Origin: Sulfurimonas sp.
GTDB taxonomy: Bacteria; Campylobacterota; Campylobacteria; Campylobacterales; Sulfurimonadaceae
Assembly (NCBI GenBank): GCA_027064515.1
Contig: JAMOPL010000153.1
Location: forward strand, 6,125-70,124
Direction of reading: 5' to 3'
DNA: 64,000 nucleotides
How positions within the stretch are numbered: position 1 is the first letter of the stretch; each line of letters starts with the position of its first letter. This document shows, piece after piece, positions 18,540-29,729 of this stretch. Made by a program: the position numbers and the translations under genes. The notes under the pieces are model-generated. The model saw only the letters and a program-made list of their open reading frames with translations, did no database searches and was not told the origin of the DNA.

Positions 18540-19048
18540 TATAAAGCTCCATTTTGTAGTGAATTGATATATTCATCATAGTTAATATTATTTTTTTGTA
18601 GTAAATCTGTTAAATATTTTTCAGATGATTGAATCCCACCTGATTTTTCTTTTTCTAAAAGTGTTTTATATAAATTTGAGATAGTTTTAATTGCACTATC
18701 TTTAGGTTTTCTTCTTACTGAGTAGTAACCTATAATATTATTGTTGCTATCAACTGATGCCGTTACATTTGCATAAACCCAATAGTAAGCACCATCTAAA
18801 GATTTGTTTTTTACATAAGCAAATATCTCTTCTCTATTTTTTACTCTATCCCATAAAAGTTTAAAAACAATTTTAGGCATATCAGGATGTCTAATTATAT
18901 TATGTGGCTTACCTAATAACTCTTTTTCACTTGAACCTGCGAATTTTATGAATATATCATTACAATAAGTCATCTTTCCTTGAAGATTGGTTTTTGAAAC
19001 TATAAAGTCATCTTGCTTCATAATTTTTTCTTTATTGTTCTGATACAT
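18539..19048 (-). CDS. Stand-alone Aer-type PAS sensor (CetB-like)
   Basis: [41 protein letters not shown]; TAATG overlap with the MCP. Confidence 0.9.
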   Translation of the reverse strand: MYQNNKEKIMKQDDFIVSKTNLQGKMTYCNDIFIKFAGSSEKELLGKPHNIIRHPDMPKIVFKLLWDRVKNREEIFAYVKNKSLDGAYYWVYANVTASVDSNNNIIGYYSVRRKPKDSAIKTISNLYKTLLEKEKSGGIQSSEKYLTDLLQKNNINYDEYINSLQNGAL

Positions 19049-19166
19049 TTTAAATCCTTTTGTTTTAATTTTGCATATTGTAACATAATATTTTATTACA
19101 GAAGTTAGATTCTAAAGAATATTTTGGTATTATCTTTAGCAACTATAATTAATACTAGGGTATGTG

Positions 19167-21488
19167 ATGGCTGAAGAGATTGAAGATATAATTATTATCG
19201 ATGAGGAAGATGATGAGGTAGAAGATAAACAGAAAGAATCCCAAGAAAATAGTGATTCAAGCAATAAGAAAAAACTAATTATATTCTCAGTAATCGGGGT
19301 ATTACTTTTAATTATTATCGCTACTGTTGTTATTTTTTCCCTTTCATCTGATGAAGATGAGGAGTATATTTCAATGGATAAGATAGATGAAAAATTAGAA
19401 AATGATAAACAAAAACCAATAGAAGCAGGTAAACTAGAAAAAATGATAGCTAAAGCAAACTATCTATATACAAACAATCAAAAAGAGGAAGCATTATATC
19501 TGTATGAAAAAATCGCTTTATATAGTGAAGCTGTTTCATACTATAACCTTGGTGTTGCTCAACTAAAAGAGGAGCAATATAAAATAGCTTTGGAGACATT
19601 TAAGAAAGCTATTAGGAATGATGAAAAAAGATGTGTTAGTGCCATTAATGCTGCTGTATGTTCATTAAAGATAGATGATAAAAAAAGTTTTAGATATTAT
19701 TTAGATTTGGCTTATGCTTACTTACCTTATGAAAAAGATTCACCCCTTTATTCGTATTATTACACATTGATAAATTATTATAATAATAACTATTATGAAA
19801 TTTTAAATTCATTAGAGAATGCAACTTCTAATGAATATCCACAGATTCAAAAACATCTTAGTGCTAAAATAAATACATTATATGGAAATAACTATAAAGC
19901 GATAGAGGTGATGGAAAAACAGTTCTTGGAAACAGATGTTTTTAGTCTTGGGCTTTTATATGCTAGGGTAGGGGATATTACACTTGCAAAGCAACATTTA
20001 GAGGATGCGATAGTAAAAAACATTGAACCAGCTAGGGCTGAACTTGCTCTTGGATTTGTAAACTTAAAAGCTGGATTTGTAAGAGATGGTGCTAAAAATA
20101 TAAAAAATGTTACTGATATGTTTCCTGATGATGTTTACAAATATTATCCAGTTGAAGTTGTTTTAAAAAAATCTCTATTTGATGCTAAACTTGCTCAAAA
20201 TAATTTTAGAAATAAGATAGAAGATTCTACATCAGTATCTTTTCAGAAGATACTATACTTTGCCCCATATAAAATTTTTAATGCTAATCAAACTATAAGC
20301 TATATTAGAAAGGGAAATGCCAATATGTATATTGACAATATCTCATCTGCTAAGGATTATTTGCATAAGGGTGCAACTGTATCAAATGTAAATAGTGGAA
20401 TCACCTCTGCAATCAAAAAGGCATTGTCTTTTAATACAAGAGAAGCAAATAATGAATTAATCAAGCTTTTAAAAATACAACCAAAACACTCAATTCTTCA
20501 TTATAATTTAGCTCTAACATATGCTCAACTTGGAGATATTACAAATGCAAATAAACATTTTTTAAGATCCTATCATCTTGATGCAAAAAATTATCTTTCT
20601 GGAATTTTTGCTGTAATGACAGCCAAAATAATAAATAAAGATACATATAAACTAGGGGAGATTATAAAAAATGCTCTATCAAATGAAGATGATAGTGAGG
20701 AGTTGGAATTATATAGAGCATTGCTAAATTTCACTAAACAAGATTCTTTGGCTAGTGCAAGCTGGTTAGAGAATAATTACAAAAAAAGACCTCTTTATTT
20801 ATCATTAGAGATAGCAATTGCAAAACAATTAGGTAAATATGAGCATGCAAATGAAACGGCAAAAGAGCTTATAAATATACTTCCAAATGAGATTCTGCCA
20901 CATTTAATGTTTATAGATACTGGTTTTTATGATTTAAAAGAGACAGAATATTCAAAAGAGGTTACAGCATATTTAGCAAAGCAAAAATTTCATTTTAAAG
21001 ATTTATATTTTGGACCATATATCACTAGATATTTATATGTACAAGAGAATCTTATTATGGGTAGATTATATTATCTAAGAGAGCAGTTGAAAGATGTTCT
21101 ATATACTACAACCAAAGATAGAAGAGATTTAATTAGTACACTAGCATTAGCATCACTATATGATGGTGCATCAGAGGAATCATATACTCTATACAATCAA
21201 CTTATTGATGATTATAAGGTAAGAGATGCTTACACATTATTTTTAGGTGCAACAGCCTCTATCGCTGCTAAACATCCTGCCAATGCAACTATTTTACTAG
21301 AGTTGTCAAAAAGAAAAGATAAAGATTTTTTAGAGAGTAGGTATGCTTTAGGGCTTTTATACCTTCAGGCACAAAATAATGATGGAGCTGTTATTCAGCT
21401 ATCTAAGGTGGGAAATAATTTTCAATCTAACTATTTTAATTTCAATATAAATCAAGAAAAACTTACTTTTGAGAAATTAAATAAATAG
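19167..21488 (+). CDS. pflB: TPR-rich membrane-anchored flagellar motor accessory protein (PflB-like)
   Basis: Acidic N-terminus, single TM, many TPRs (YNLGVAQL, SAINAAVCSL, ILHYNLALTYAQ). Confidence 0.7.
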   Translation: MAEEIEDIIIIDEEDDEVEDKQKESQENSDSSNKKKLIIFSVIGVLLLIIIATVVIFSLSSDEDEEYISMDKIDEKLENDKQKPIEAGKLEKMIAKANYLYTNNQKEEALYLYEKIALYSEAVSYYNLGVAQLKEEQYKIALETFKKAIRNDEKRCVSAINAAVCSLKIDDKKSFRYYLDLAYAYLPYEKDSPLYSYYYTLINYYNNNYYEILNSLENATSNEYPQIQKHLSAKINTLYGNNYKAIEVMEKQFLETDVFSLGLLYARVGDITLAKQHLEDAIVKNIEPARAELALGFVNLKAGFVRDGAKNIKNVTDMFPDDVYKYYPVEVVLKKSLFDAKLAQNNFRNKIEDSTSVSFQKILYFAPYKIFNANQTISYIRKGNANMYIDNISSAKDYLHKGATVSNVNSGITSAIKKALSFNTREANNELIKLLKIQPKHSILHYNLALTYAQLGDITNANKHFLRSYHLDAKNYLSGIFAVMTAKIINKDTYKLGEIIKNALSNEDDSEELELYRALLNFTKQDSLASASWLENNYKKRPLYLSLEIAIAKQLGKYEHANETAKELINILPNEILPHLMFIDTGFYDLKETEYSKEVTAYLAKQKFHFKDLYFGPYITRYLYVQENLIMGRLYYLREQLKDVLYTTTKDRRDLISTLALASLYDGASEESYTLYNQLIDDYKVRDAYTLFLGATASIAAKHPANATILLELSKRKDKDFLESRYALGLLYLQAQNNDGAVIQLSKVGNNFQSNYFNFNINQEKLTFEKLNK

Positions 21489-21498
21489 AGTTATAACT

Positions 21499-23472
21499 CT
21501 ATTTATTTTCTTCTTCATCTTTAGATGTCTTAGTCATTTTAGCATCCTCTTTTAACTCTTCTTTTATCTCATCAGTAACTATATGAACTTTAGAATCTAT
21601 ATTGTTCTCTTTTTCAAAGTTAATAATAATCTCTTGAACCTCTTCACCAGTTATATTCTCTTTTTTATAAAGTAAGGCTACCATATCTTCTATGGCATCT
21701 TTATACTCTTCTAATCTAGCTATAACACTTGCATAATGCTCATTAAGGGATGATTTAATGAACTCATCCATATTCTCAGCCATCTTTTCACTATACTCAC
21801 GAGAAGACTGTTGTCCACCACCTAAGAAAGATTGTTTACTTTTTTCTAAAACCATTAGTCCTGCAATATCACTCATACCATAAGTTTGAACCATTGATTT
21901 AATAATATCTGTTGCTCTTTCTAAATCATTTCCAGCACCAGTAGATATTTCACCAATAAATACTTCCTCTGCTGCACGACCACCAAGAAGCACATCTACT
22001 TCAGCCCACATTTCGTTACGCTGCATCATAAATCTATTCTCTTCAGGTTTATTAAGTGTATAACCAAGAGCAGCAAGTCCACGAGGAACAATAGAAACTT
22101 TAGAAACTTTCTTAGCACCCTCAGTAGTTTCTGCTAAAAGTGCATGACCACTTTCATGGTAAGCAACAATTTTTTTCTCTTTAGTATTAATACGGCGAGA
22201 TTTTTTAGATAAACCAGCAATAGCTCTCTCAACAGATTCAAATAGGTTTTCTTGTTTTACAGTTTTTTGAGACTTTCTACCAGCTAAAAGTGCTGCTTCA
22301 TTGATGATATTAGCTAAATCTGCACCAGCAAGACCTGCTGTAAGACGAGCAACTTCCTCTATCTCAACATCATCATCAATTTTTACATTTTTCATATGAA
22401 CTTTAAGAATCTTAATACGACCCTCAAAATCTGGCTTATCAACAAGAACTTGTCTATCAAAACGCCCTGGACGAAGCAAGGCAGAATCAAGAATTTCAGG
22501 TCTATTTGTTGCTGCTAAAATGATAATAGGAGTATCAGTACCAAAACCATCCATCTCAGCTAAGAGTTGATTAAGCGTTTGTTCTCGCTCATCATTTCCC
22601 CCCATCATTCCACCAGCAGCACGACTTTTACCAATAGCATCAATCTCATCTATAAAGATAATACTTGGAGCATCTTTTTTTGCTTGTTCAAAAAGGTCGC
22701 GAACACGAGCAGCACCAACACCAACAAACATCTCAATAAAGCTAGAACCACTTACAGAAAAAAATGGAACATCAGCTTCACCAGCAACAGCTTTAGCTAA
22801 AAGGGTTTTACCAGTACCTGGCGATCCAACAAGTAAAACACCCTTTGGAATCTTTGCACCAATCTCAACATAACGACCTGGATGTTTCAAGAAATCAACA
22901 ATCTCTTGAACCTCCTCTTTCGCTTCCTCAACACCAGCAACATCATCAAATTTAGTTTTTGGTTTTTCTGAGTTAATCATTTTTTTAGAGTTACCCATAC
23001 CAAGCATTCCACTACCCATAGATTTTTGCATTCTTCCAGCAAAAAACATCCATATAGCGATAATGATTAAAAAAGGAAGTAAAAACCCAAACATCTCAGT
23101 AAACCAGTTTGTCTCACTAAATCCAGTATATTCAATACCCTGTTTATCTAACTCTTCAATAAGTTTAGTATCACCTGGCACGATTCTTGTACTGTATACT
23201 TGTCCGTCAGCTGATTTAGCTTTGATATATGTTTGACCAATTTCAACTTTACTAAGAGATTTAGTGTTAACTAACTCTTTAAATTTTGAATAACTTACTT
23301 GTTTTGTTCTTACATTGCCTTGTGATGTTTCATTACCTAAACCACCACCCTCTCCAACAACTACTTTAAATAGTAATATAATAATTACTGAAAATAGTGC
23401 AAATGTGATTAATGGATTTTTATTGAAGAAATTGTTATCATCATTGTTATTATTTGACTCTTTGTCTGACAT
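21499..23472 (-). CDS. ftsH: ATP-dependent zinc metalloprotease FtsH
   Basis: Two TMs, [31 protein letters not shown]. Confidence 0.98.
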   Translation of the reverse strand: MSDKESNNNNDDNNFFNKNPLITFALFSVIIILLFKVVVGEGGGLGNETSQGNVRTKQVSYSKFKELVNTKSLSKVEIGQTYIKAKSADGQVYSTRIVPGDTKLIEELDKQGIEYTGFSETNWFTEMFGFLLPFLIIIAIWMFFAGRMQKSMGSGMLGMGNSKKMINSEKPKTKFDDVAGVEEAKEEVQEIVDFLKHPGRYVEIGAKIPKGVLLVGSPGTGKTLLAKAVAGEADVPFFSVSGSSFIEMFVGVGAARVRDLFEQAKKDAPSIIFIDEIDAIGKSRAAGGMMGGNDEREQTLNQLLAEMDGFGTDTPIIILAATNRPEILDSALLRPGRFDRQVLVDKPDFEGRIKILKVHMKNVKIDDDVEIEEVARLTAGLAGADLANIINEAALLAGRKSQKTVKQENLFESVERAIAGLSKKSRRINTKEKKIVAYHESGHALLAETTEGAKKVSKVSIVPRGLAALGYTLNKPEENRFMMQRNEMWAEVDVLLGGRAAEEVFIGEISTGAGNDLERATDIIKSMVQTYGMSDIAGLMVLEKSKQSFLGGGQQSSREYSEKMAENMDEFIKSSLNEHYASVIARLEEYKDAIEDMVALLYKKENITGEEVQEIIINFEKENNIDSKVHIVTDEIKEELKEDAKMTKTSKDEEENK

Positions 23473-23484
23473 CTATTTCTCTCT

Positions 23485-24309
23485 TTATTTTTTTAAAATT
23501 AATGTTACCCATTCATCTTGGGCAATTCTTTCTACTAGAGTACAATCTGTGTAGTATTTTAAGACTTTTGATTCGTATTTATCTAAGATTCCAGATAAAA
23601 CTAATATGGCATCATCTTCAAGTGCTTTTTTCAAATCTTTTGCAATAAATGTTAAAACATCAGCAACTATATTTGCTATTACAATATTATACTTTTTATC
23701 ACTCAATGAACAAGAGCCTTCCCAGATATTTGAGAATTTTAAGCCATTTAATTTAGCATTATCGATAGAGTTATTTACAGATATTATATCTGTATCACAA
23801 GCATCAACAATTGCTCCGAGTTTCATAGCACCAATCCCAAGAATCCCACTTCCACAACCAACATCAATAACTTTATCATCTTCTTTAACATATTTGCAAA
23901 CTGCTTTTAGGGAGGAAGATGTAGTTGGATGGTGTCCTGTTCCAAAAGCTAATGCAGGATCTATTGCAATGTTTAAAAGCTTTTTATTTGGTTCATCCCA
24001 AGTTGGATGTATATAGAACTTATCTATAACAATTGGTTCTATACTTTTTTGATATACCTCTACCCAATCACTATTTTTAAGTTTTTTTTGAGTACATTCA
24101 ATATCGATAGTTTGACCTAATGCCTTTTGTAAAGCTTCTGTAAATTGTTCAAGTCCCCAGATAATAGTATCTAGTTCATCTTCACTTCTAATTACAAATC
24201 CATCATCTATCTCTTCAAAACCAACGGGTAATGTATCCGATAAAAAATCTGAGAAGAGAGATAGATGAGAAGAAACTTTAACTACTAGTTCGTAGTAGTA
24301 TTCCTGCAT
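23485..24309 (-). CDS. prmA: Ribosomal protein L11 methyltransferase
   Basis: IDPALAFGTGHHPTT, DVGCGSGIL, ANI, LSGIL. Confidence 0.95.
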   Translation of the reverse strand: MQEYYYELVVKVSSHLSLFSDFLSDTLPVGFEEIDDGFVIRSEDELDTIIWGLEQFTEALQKALGQTIDIECTQKKLKNSDWVEVYQKSIEPIVIDKFYIHPTWDEPNKKLLNIAIDPALAFGTGHHPTTSSSLKAVCKYVKEDDKVIDVGCGSGILGIGAMKLGAIVDACDTDIISVNNSIDNAKLNGLKFSNIWEGSCSLSDKKYNIVIANIVADVLTFIAKDLKKALEDDAILVLSGILDKYESKVLKYYTDCTLVERIAQDEWVTLILKK

Positions 24310-24311
24310 TA

Positions 24312-24683
24312 TTAAGAAATACCCATTACGGCACCAAGTTTCTCTTTTAGAACTTGTGGAGTGAATGGTTTTACTATATAGTTATTTACACCAGCTTTTA
24401 GGGCAGTAATAACTTCTGCTTTTCCACCCTCTGTTGTAACCATAATTATTGGAGTATCTTTAAAACGCGCATCAGCACGAACTTTTTGAACAAGTTCAAG
24501 ACCATTCATCTCTGGCATATTCCAATCTGTAATCAGCATATCAATATCTGGATTTGCATCCATTGCAGCCCAACCCTCAACACCATCAGCACCCTCTAAA
24601 ATATCTTTATATCCAAGACGAGCCAAAGTGTTCTTTATAATACGACGCATTGTAGAGCTATCATCAACAACAAGTAATTTCAA
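24312..24683 (-). CDS. cheY: Chemotaxis response regulator CheY
   Basis: VVDDSSTMRRI, TDWNMPEMNG, MVTTE, NYIVKPF; cheY-prmA-ftsH synteny. Confidence 0.95.
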   Translation of the reverse strand: MKLLVVDDSSTMRRIIKNTLARLGYKDILEGADGVEGWAAMDANPDIDMLITDWNMPEMNGLELVQKVRADARFKDTPIIMVTTEGGKAEVITALKAGVNNYIVKPFTPQVLKEKLGAVMGIS

Positions 24684-24754
24684 TTGAAATCCTTTTTTTA
24701 AATATTTTTATAAAATTAATAAACAATAATATCAGAAAATTGTTTGTTTTTGTA

Positions 24755-25465
24755 TTAATCGAGTAGTTTAAACATTTTTGGTAGGTTTAATGTTCCCTCA
24801 TAGTAAGCTTTTCCTATAATACAACCATCAACCTCTTTTGTAGCAATAAGTGCTTCTATATCAGATTCATCTTTTACACCACCACTTGCAATAGTACTGA
24901 TTCCACATGCTCTTGCTATATCTAAAGTAAACTCTACATTTACACCACTTAATGTGCCATCTTTACCAACATCAGTACAGATAATCGCTTCTACACCAGC
25001 ATTTGCAAACTCTTTTGCTAAATCAGTAGCTTTCATAGATGAAACTTCACCCCAACCCTCAACAGCAACGAAACCATCAATTGCATCAATCCCAACAGCG
25101 ATAGGGTATTTAGAAGCCATATCTCTTACAAACTGAGGATTCTTAACTGCAATAGAACCTAAAATAATTCTATCAATTCCAATCTCTAACATTTTTTTGA
25201 TAGTCTCTTCATCTCTGATTCCACCACCAAGCTCCAGTTTAACATTACAATTTTCACGAATTTTAATAATAGAATCTAAATTTTTAGGCTCACCTGCAAA
25301 CGCACCGTTTAAATCAACTAAATGAACCCACTCTGCACCCATCTCTTCAAACTTTTTTACTAAAGACCATGGTTCATCTGAGTATATTTTTGCACTATCC
25401 ATCAGACCTTTTGTAAGTCTAACTGCTTTTCCATCTTTTAAATCTATTGCTGGGTATAAAGTCAT
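24755..25465 (-). CDS. hisA: ProFAR isomerase HisA
   Basis: [39 protein letters not shown]. Confidence 0.96.
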   Translation of the reverse strand: MTLYPAIDLKDGKAVRLTKGLMDSAKIYSDEPWSLVKKFEEMGAEWVHLVDLNGAFAGEPKNLDSIIKIRENCNVKLELGGGIRDEETIKKMLEIGIDRIILGSIAVKNPQFVRDMASKYPIAVGIDAIDGFVAVEGWGEVSSMKATDLAKEFANAGVEAIICTDVGKDGTLSGVNVEFTLDIARACGISTIASGGVKDESDIEALIATKEVDGCIIGKAYYEGTLNLPKMFKLLD

Positions 25466-25523
25466 AAAAATCCTTAATTTATATTATTTAATTTAGAGTG
25501 TTATTGTAGCATTTATTGTTAAA

Positions 25524-27761
25524 TTATAATTCTAACAATACTGTATCTCGTCTAGTTGATTCAAATTTTTTACATCCACTCTCAAATGCTCCACTCTCAC
25601 CTATTAAAATACATTTATGTTTTGCTCTTGTGATAGCAGTATAGATTAGTTTTGTATTATGCATTATAAAATGTGTAAAACTCATTGGAATCACTACTAT
25701 ATCGTATTCCATCCCTTGAACTTTATGGATAGTAAGTGCATAAGAGAGCATTAAAAATGATTTTAATTCCTCATATTCGTAAACAACCACTACATCCTCA
25801 TTTGGATAAAAAACAAAAACTTGTTCATCTTCTTCATCTATTTTAAACAGTAAACCACTCATACCATTGAAGATTCTTCTTTTACTAGAATCTTCCCCCT
25901 CTTTAAAACCATCAGAATCCCATGAGGTCATATTCTCATTTTTAGTATGAACAACCTTATCCATTAGTCTAAATTCAGATTCACCTCTTTTTACACATTT
26001 TTTTGGATTTGGATTGAAATACTCTTGTAGAACTTTATTTAGATTTGATGTACCTAAGATTCCACCTTTCATAGGGGTGATAACTTGAAAATAGTTTAGG
26101 TACTCTTTTATCTGTTTGTTATTTAGTCTATATCTTGCTTTTTGAATAGATTCTACTACTTTGTGAACTATTTCAGTTATGATTTGATTTGAATTATTTT
26201 CCCTTATCTCTTTTAGTTCATCTGCAGAGAGGGAATTTTTCATAGAGTAATAATTTTGAATACTAACATCTATAAATTCAAAATCTTCATAACTATTTTT
26301 GTAGTGAGGAATCTCCCCTATACGAATTTCATTTGCTATAAGTGTTATCGCTTGATCTTCACTTTGTCTATAAATCTTTGTGAGTTTTACTATTGGAGCG
26401 AGATTAAGTGTTAAAACATCACTTAAAATATTTCCAGCTCCGATTGGTGGGAGTTGGGCATCATCTCCCACTATAATAAGAATCGCTTTTTTACTAATTT
26501 TTCTTACTAATTTTGCAAAAAGCGAAGAGTTTATCATAGATGCTTCATCTATTAAAACTACTGAGTATGGAAATGTATCATTGCTTTCATATTTTATGAG
26601 AAGCGACTGAATTGTTGCACTTTCATAACCTGTTGTATCTGCGATTCTTTGAGATGCGATTCCACTTAAGGCACATGTGATTATCTCTTTTTGGTCATAT
26701 TGTGTGTTTAGTAGGTTTAGAATTGTTTTAGATGTTGTACTTTTACCAGTTCCTGCATACCCAACTAAAAAGAGTAATGATGCACCCATATTTATCTTAT
26801 TTACTGCCTCTTTTTGTTGTTCACCAAGATTTAATTCAGAGGATTCTAAAAACTCATCTAAATCTTTTACAAACCCACCACTATCTATTTTTGCTCTTGA
26901 TTTAAAATCATCATATAAAAACTTCTCAGCATCATAAAGTCTCGAAGGTGCTACTCTATCATTTTTCATCAAAACTATACTTTGTTCACTCACTCTTTGA
27001 ACTAATGTAGCTTCATAAAGTTTTGTAGAATCTGAGAAAGCAAGAAGCTCATCAAGTTGAGAAAATAGAATCTCCTTAGCAACACAAGAGTTTCCTTGTT
27101 GTTCACAATGGTTAAGAAGTACATAATCCATAGCAGAAGCGATTCTGTTTTCATCTTTTTTCTCAACACCCATTTTTATAGCTAACTCATCAGCTCTTTT
27201 AAAACCGATAGAGTTGATTGATGTTAAAATATATGGGTTATTTTTTATTTTAGTGCAAGGTTCATTTACATCTTTTAGTGCAGTAGCAATAGTAGTGAGC
27301 AGAGCAGGGGAGACATCATAAGGGCTTAAAAATTCACCTAACTTTCTCATTGAGCGAAACTGTTTCCATGAGTTTTGAATCTTTTTTAACCGTTTTTCTT
27401 TTATCCCTTTAAACTCTAAAAGTTTTTCGATATCGTTGTCTAAAATCTCTATTAGACCATCTTCACCAAATTTTTCTATTAAATGTGCTGATAGCTTTTT
27501 TGTAAAACCTTTTACAATTTTATTTAGAAAGAAAAATAGTTGATTTTGATTTATTTGAATAGAATCAAATTTAAAAGTTTTTCCATACTTTTTATGCTCT
27601 TCCCAAACACCAGAAAGAGTGATAGCAGAATCTTTTATATTTTCTACATCACTTTCAAAGTATGTTCCACTAACTTTTTCTTTAGTTTTTAAAACAGCAA
27701 TAAAAAAACCATTATCTTCAAAAAGTATCTTATCAATTTGCCCTATAAGTGTCTGTTTCAA
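25524..27761 (-). CDS. recD2: RecD2-like SF1 DNA helicase
   Basis: N-terminal OB/HhH region (IGFKRAD), GYAGTGKS, IDEASM, VGDDAQLPPIG, IYRQ, YALTIHKVQG.EY, YTAITRA. Confidence 0.88.
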   Translation of the reverse strand: MKQTLIGQIDKILFEDNGFFIAVLKTKEKVSGTYFESDVENIKDSAITLSGVWEEHKKYGKTFKFDSIQINQNQLFFFLNKIVKGFTKKLSAHLIEKFGEDGLIEILDNDIEKLLEFKGIKEKRLKKIQNSWKQFRSMRKLGEFLSPYDVSPALLTTIATALKDVNEPCTKIKNNPYILTSINSIGFKRADELAIKMGVEKKDENRIASAMDYVLLNHCEQQGNSCVAKEILFSQLDELLAFSDSTKLYEATLVQRVSEQSIVLMKNDRVAPSRLYDAEKFLYDDFKSRAKIDSGGFVKDLDEFLESSELNLGEQQKEAVNKINMGASLLFLVGYAGTGKSTTSKTILNLLNTQYDQKEIITCALSGIASQRIADTTGYESATIQSLLIKYESNDTFPYSVVLIDEASMINSSLFAKLVRKISKKAILIIVGDDAQLPPIGAGNILSDVLTLNLAPIVKLTKIYRQSEDQAITLIANEIRIGEIPHYKNSYEDFEFIDVSIQNYYSMKNSLSADELKEIRENNSNQIITEIVHKVVESIQKARYRLNNKQIKEYLNYFQVITPMKGGILGTSNLNKVLQEYFNPNPKKCVKRGESEFRLMDKVVHTKNENMTSWDSDGFKEGEDSSKRRIFNGMSGLLFKIDEEDEQVFVFYPNEDVVVVYEYEELKSFLMLSYALTIHKVQGMEYDIVVIPMSFTHFIMHNTKLIYTAITRAKHKCILIGESGAFESGCKKFESTRRDTVLLEL

Positions 27762-27861
27762 ATTATAAACCTAATAAATATTATTTGATGGAAGTTTATC
27801 TTATTTTACTTAGATAAGTTGGAAATATGTCAATCTGTAATATTGAATCATAGTAGATTAA

Positions 27862-27887
27862 AGTATAGAGTGATTTTACTCTATACT
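27862..27887 (-). terminator. Stem-loop after the MCP gene
   Basis: agtatagagtga-tt-ttactctatact inverted repeat. Confidence 0.65.
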
Positions 27888-27899
27888 CTAAATGGATTA

Positions 27900-29015
27900 T
27901 TAATTGTCTCTAAAAGCTTTTTCCTCTTTTAACATATCATCTAATATTTTAATCACCTGCATAGAGGCTTTTTCAGCACTCTCAAAGTATGTCATAACAT
28001 TTTTAGACTCTTGAGTGCATGTTCCAGTCTGAACACAATGAACAGCTTTTTTGATACTATCATGTATCTCTTTATGTGGTGTACTCATTTTTGAATAACT
28101 TGCACAATTACCAAATTTTTCTTTACCAGTTCCTTCAAAATACCATCTACCAAGGCGACACTCATGATCTGATGAGAAATTTCCAGTAGTTTGACCTGAG
28201 AATACTGTTTCATAGGCATTTGTTTTAAATAGTAAGTGATCAAGTTTACTTAAAACCATAAAAATCGCATAAGTTACATCTGTGTTTTCTTTTGTAATCA
28301 TATTGGAATTTTTTTCTAGTGTTCTTATACTATCTTGGAAAATATTTATCTGCTCAGTAGAACTTTGAGATAGTCTTTCCATAGATTGAGAGTGTTCATG
28401 AACCTCTTGAGTATTTTGTTTTAAAGAAGATACAGAAATTTCAACTTCACTTGTTGCTTTTTGAGTTCTCTCTGCTAATTTTCTTACCTCGTCAGCAACA
28501 ACAGCAAACCCTCTACCATGTTCACCAGCACGAGCAGCTTCAATGGCAGCATTTAGTGCAAGTAGATTTGTTTGATCTGAAATATCTTTAATTAAGGTAA
28601 TAACATCTGTAATACTATCAACATTAGCGTTTAGTGTATTTACTTGTTCATAAGTACTTGATATATGTTCAAGTAATGAGTTCATAGTAGTTGATAAAAT
28701 ATTAATTTCATTTGTGGAAGATTCTATGTGTGTATTATTTGTTTGGTTTCTAGTGTCAATATCTTCTAAGGAAGCTAAGTTTTCTTCTAAATCACCTTGA
28801 ATTAATCTTAGTTCTTTATCACATCCATTAGTTAAGCCATGTGTTAGTGATTTAATAAGTTCATTTATAACTTTATTGTTATTAGAATTTTCTAGTTGAA
28901 TCTCTAATTGTGTATTTTTATTGTTTAGTTGTTCTATCTCTTCTCTAAGAATTTTATTTTCTTCTTCTTTAGATTTTAAGTCTTCTTCTAGTTTTGAATT
29001 ATTTCCAAAAAACAT
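27900..29015 (-). CDS. Soluble methyl-accepting chemotaxis protein with a C-terminal CZB domain
   Basis: MA signature; [24 protein letters not shown]; N-terminal coiled coil, no TM. Confidence 0.9.
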   Translation of the reverse strand: MFFGNNSKLEEDLKSKEEENKILREEIEQLNNKNTQLEIQLENSNNNKVINELIKSLTHGLTNGCDKELRLIQGDLEENLASLEDIDTRNQTNNTHIESSTNEINILSTTMNSLLEHISSTYEQVNTLNANVDSITDVITLIKDISDQTNLLALNAAIEAARAGEHGRGFAVVADEVRKLAERTQKATSEVEISVSSLKQNTQEVHEHSQSMERLSQSSTEQINIFQDSIRTLEKNSNMITKENTDVTYAIFMVLSKLDHLLFKTNAYETVFSGQTTGNFSSDHECRLGRWYFEGTGKEKFGNCASYSKMSTPHKEIHDSIKKAVHCVQTGTCTQESKNVMTYFESAEKASMQVIKILDDMLKEEKAFRDN

Positions 29016-29110
29016 AAGCAGTCCTTTAATTAGTGTACTTGTATAATAGGGTAATTATTATTAAGGTTATATTATATTTATAAGCTTGATATTGTTAGTT
29101 TATATAAATA

Positions 29111-29362
29111 TTAATATTGTGTAAAAGTTGAGAGATCAAACTCTATAATTTCATCTTTACATTTTATAGTTAAGATACACCCATCTTTGGTAATCCTATT
29201 TGCAGATTCTATATTTTCTTTTAATATTATATACTCTTTTGTATTTGGGTCAAAAGTTTTTAATGTAGAATCTTCTACTAAAAAGAATCTACCACCACCA
29301 CATCCATCACCAACAATCCCCTCACAAATGAGAGGGGAATCTTCATTAAAACCAGCTATCAT
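29111..29362 (-). CDS. Small Cys/Gly-motif hypothetical protein
   Basis: GAGGA RBS; CEGIVGDGCGGGR motif plus CxxxxxC; last gene of the surE operon. Confidence 0.7.
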   Translation of the reverse strand: MIAGFNEDSPLICEGIVGDGCGGGRFFLVEDSTLKTFDPNTKEYIILKENIESANRITKDGCILTIKCKDEIIEFDLSTFTQY

Positions 29363-29729
29363 CTAAACAATCCTCTTTAGTTTCTTTTTCAAATTCTAAA
29401 TAATCTTTATCTTTGGAAAGATTAATTTTTATAAAATCTTGGTACTGATACTCTTTAAAAATAGAATCATCTAAACATGCACATAAAGTTGCATTGTTGT
29501 CTATCTCACAACTCTTAATTAATTCTACTTTATCTTTATCTTCCCATGTGATATAGGAGTTATAAAATGGAATCAGTGTCCAAATAAAGAAACCTAATGT
29601 CAATACTATATTTATTAGATATTCTTTTTTCTTAGTCTCTTTATATTTTTTTACATCATAAATGATGAAAATTAAAAAAACAACCTCTAAACCTAAGATA
29701 AACCAATCACTACTTAAAAAATCAAACAT
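29346..29729 (-). CDS. Hypothetical membrane protein (2 TM plus Cys-containing soluble tail)
   Basis: AGGAG RBS, two hydrophobic helices, C..CAC..C. Confidence 0.75.
   Translation of the reverse strand: MFDFLSSDWFILGLEVVFLIFIIYDVKKYKETKKKEYLINIVLTLGFFIWTLIPFYNSYITWEDKDKVELIKSCEIDNNATLCACLDDSIFKEYQYQDFIKINLSKDKDYLEFEKETKEDCLDDSWF

Noticed and set aside
25524-27761. RecD2 helicase as a defence or mobile-element gene
   Set aside because: Typical chromosomal RecD2 architecture, with no adjacent nuclease, methylase or mobility genes
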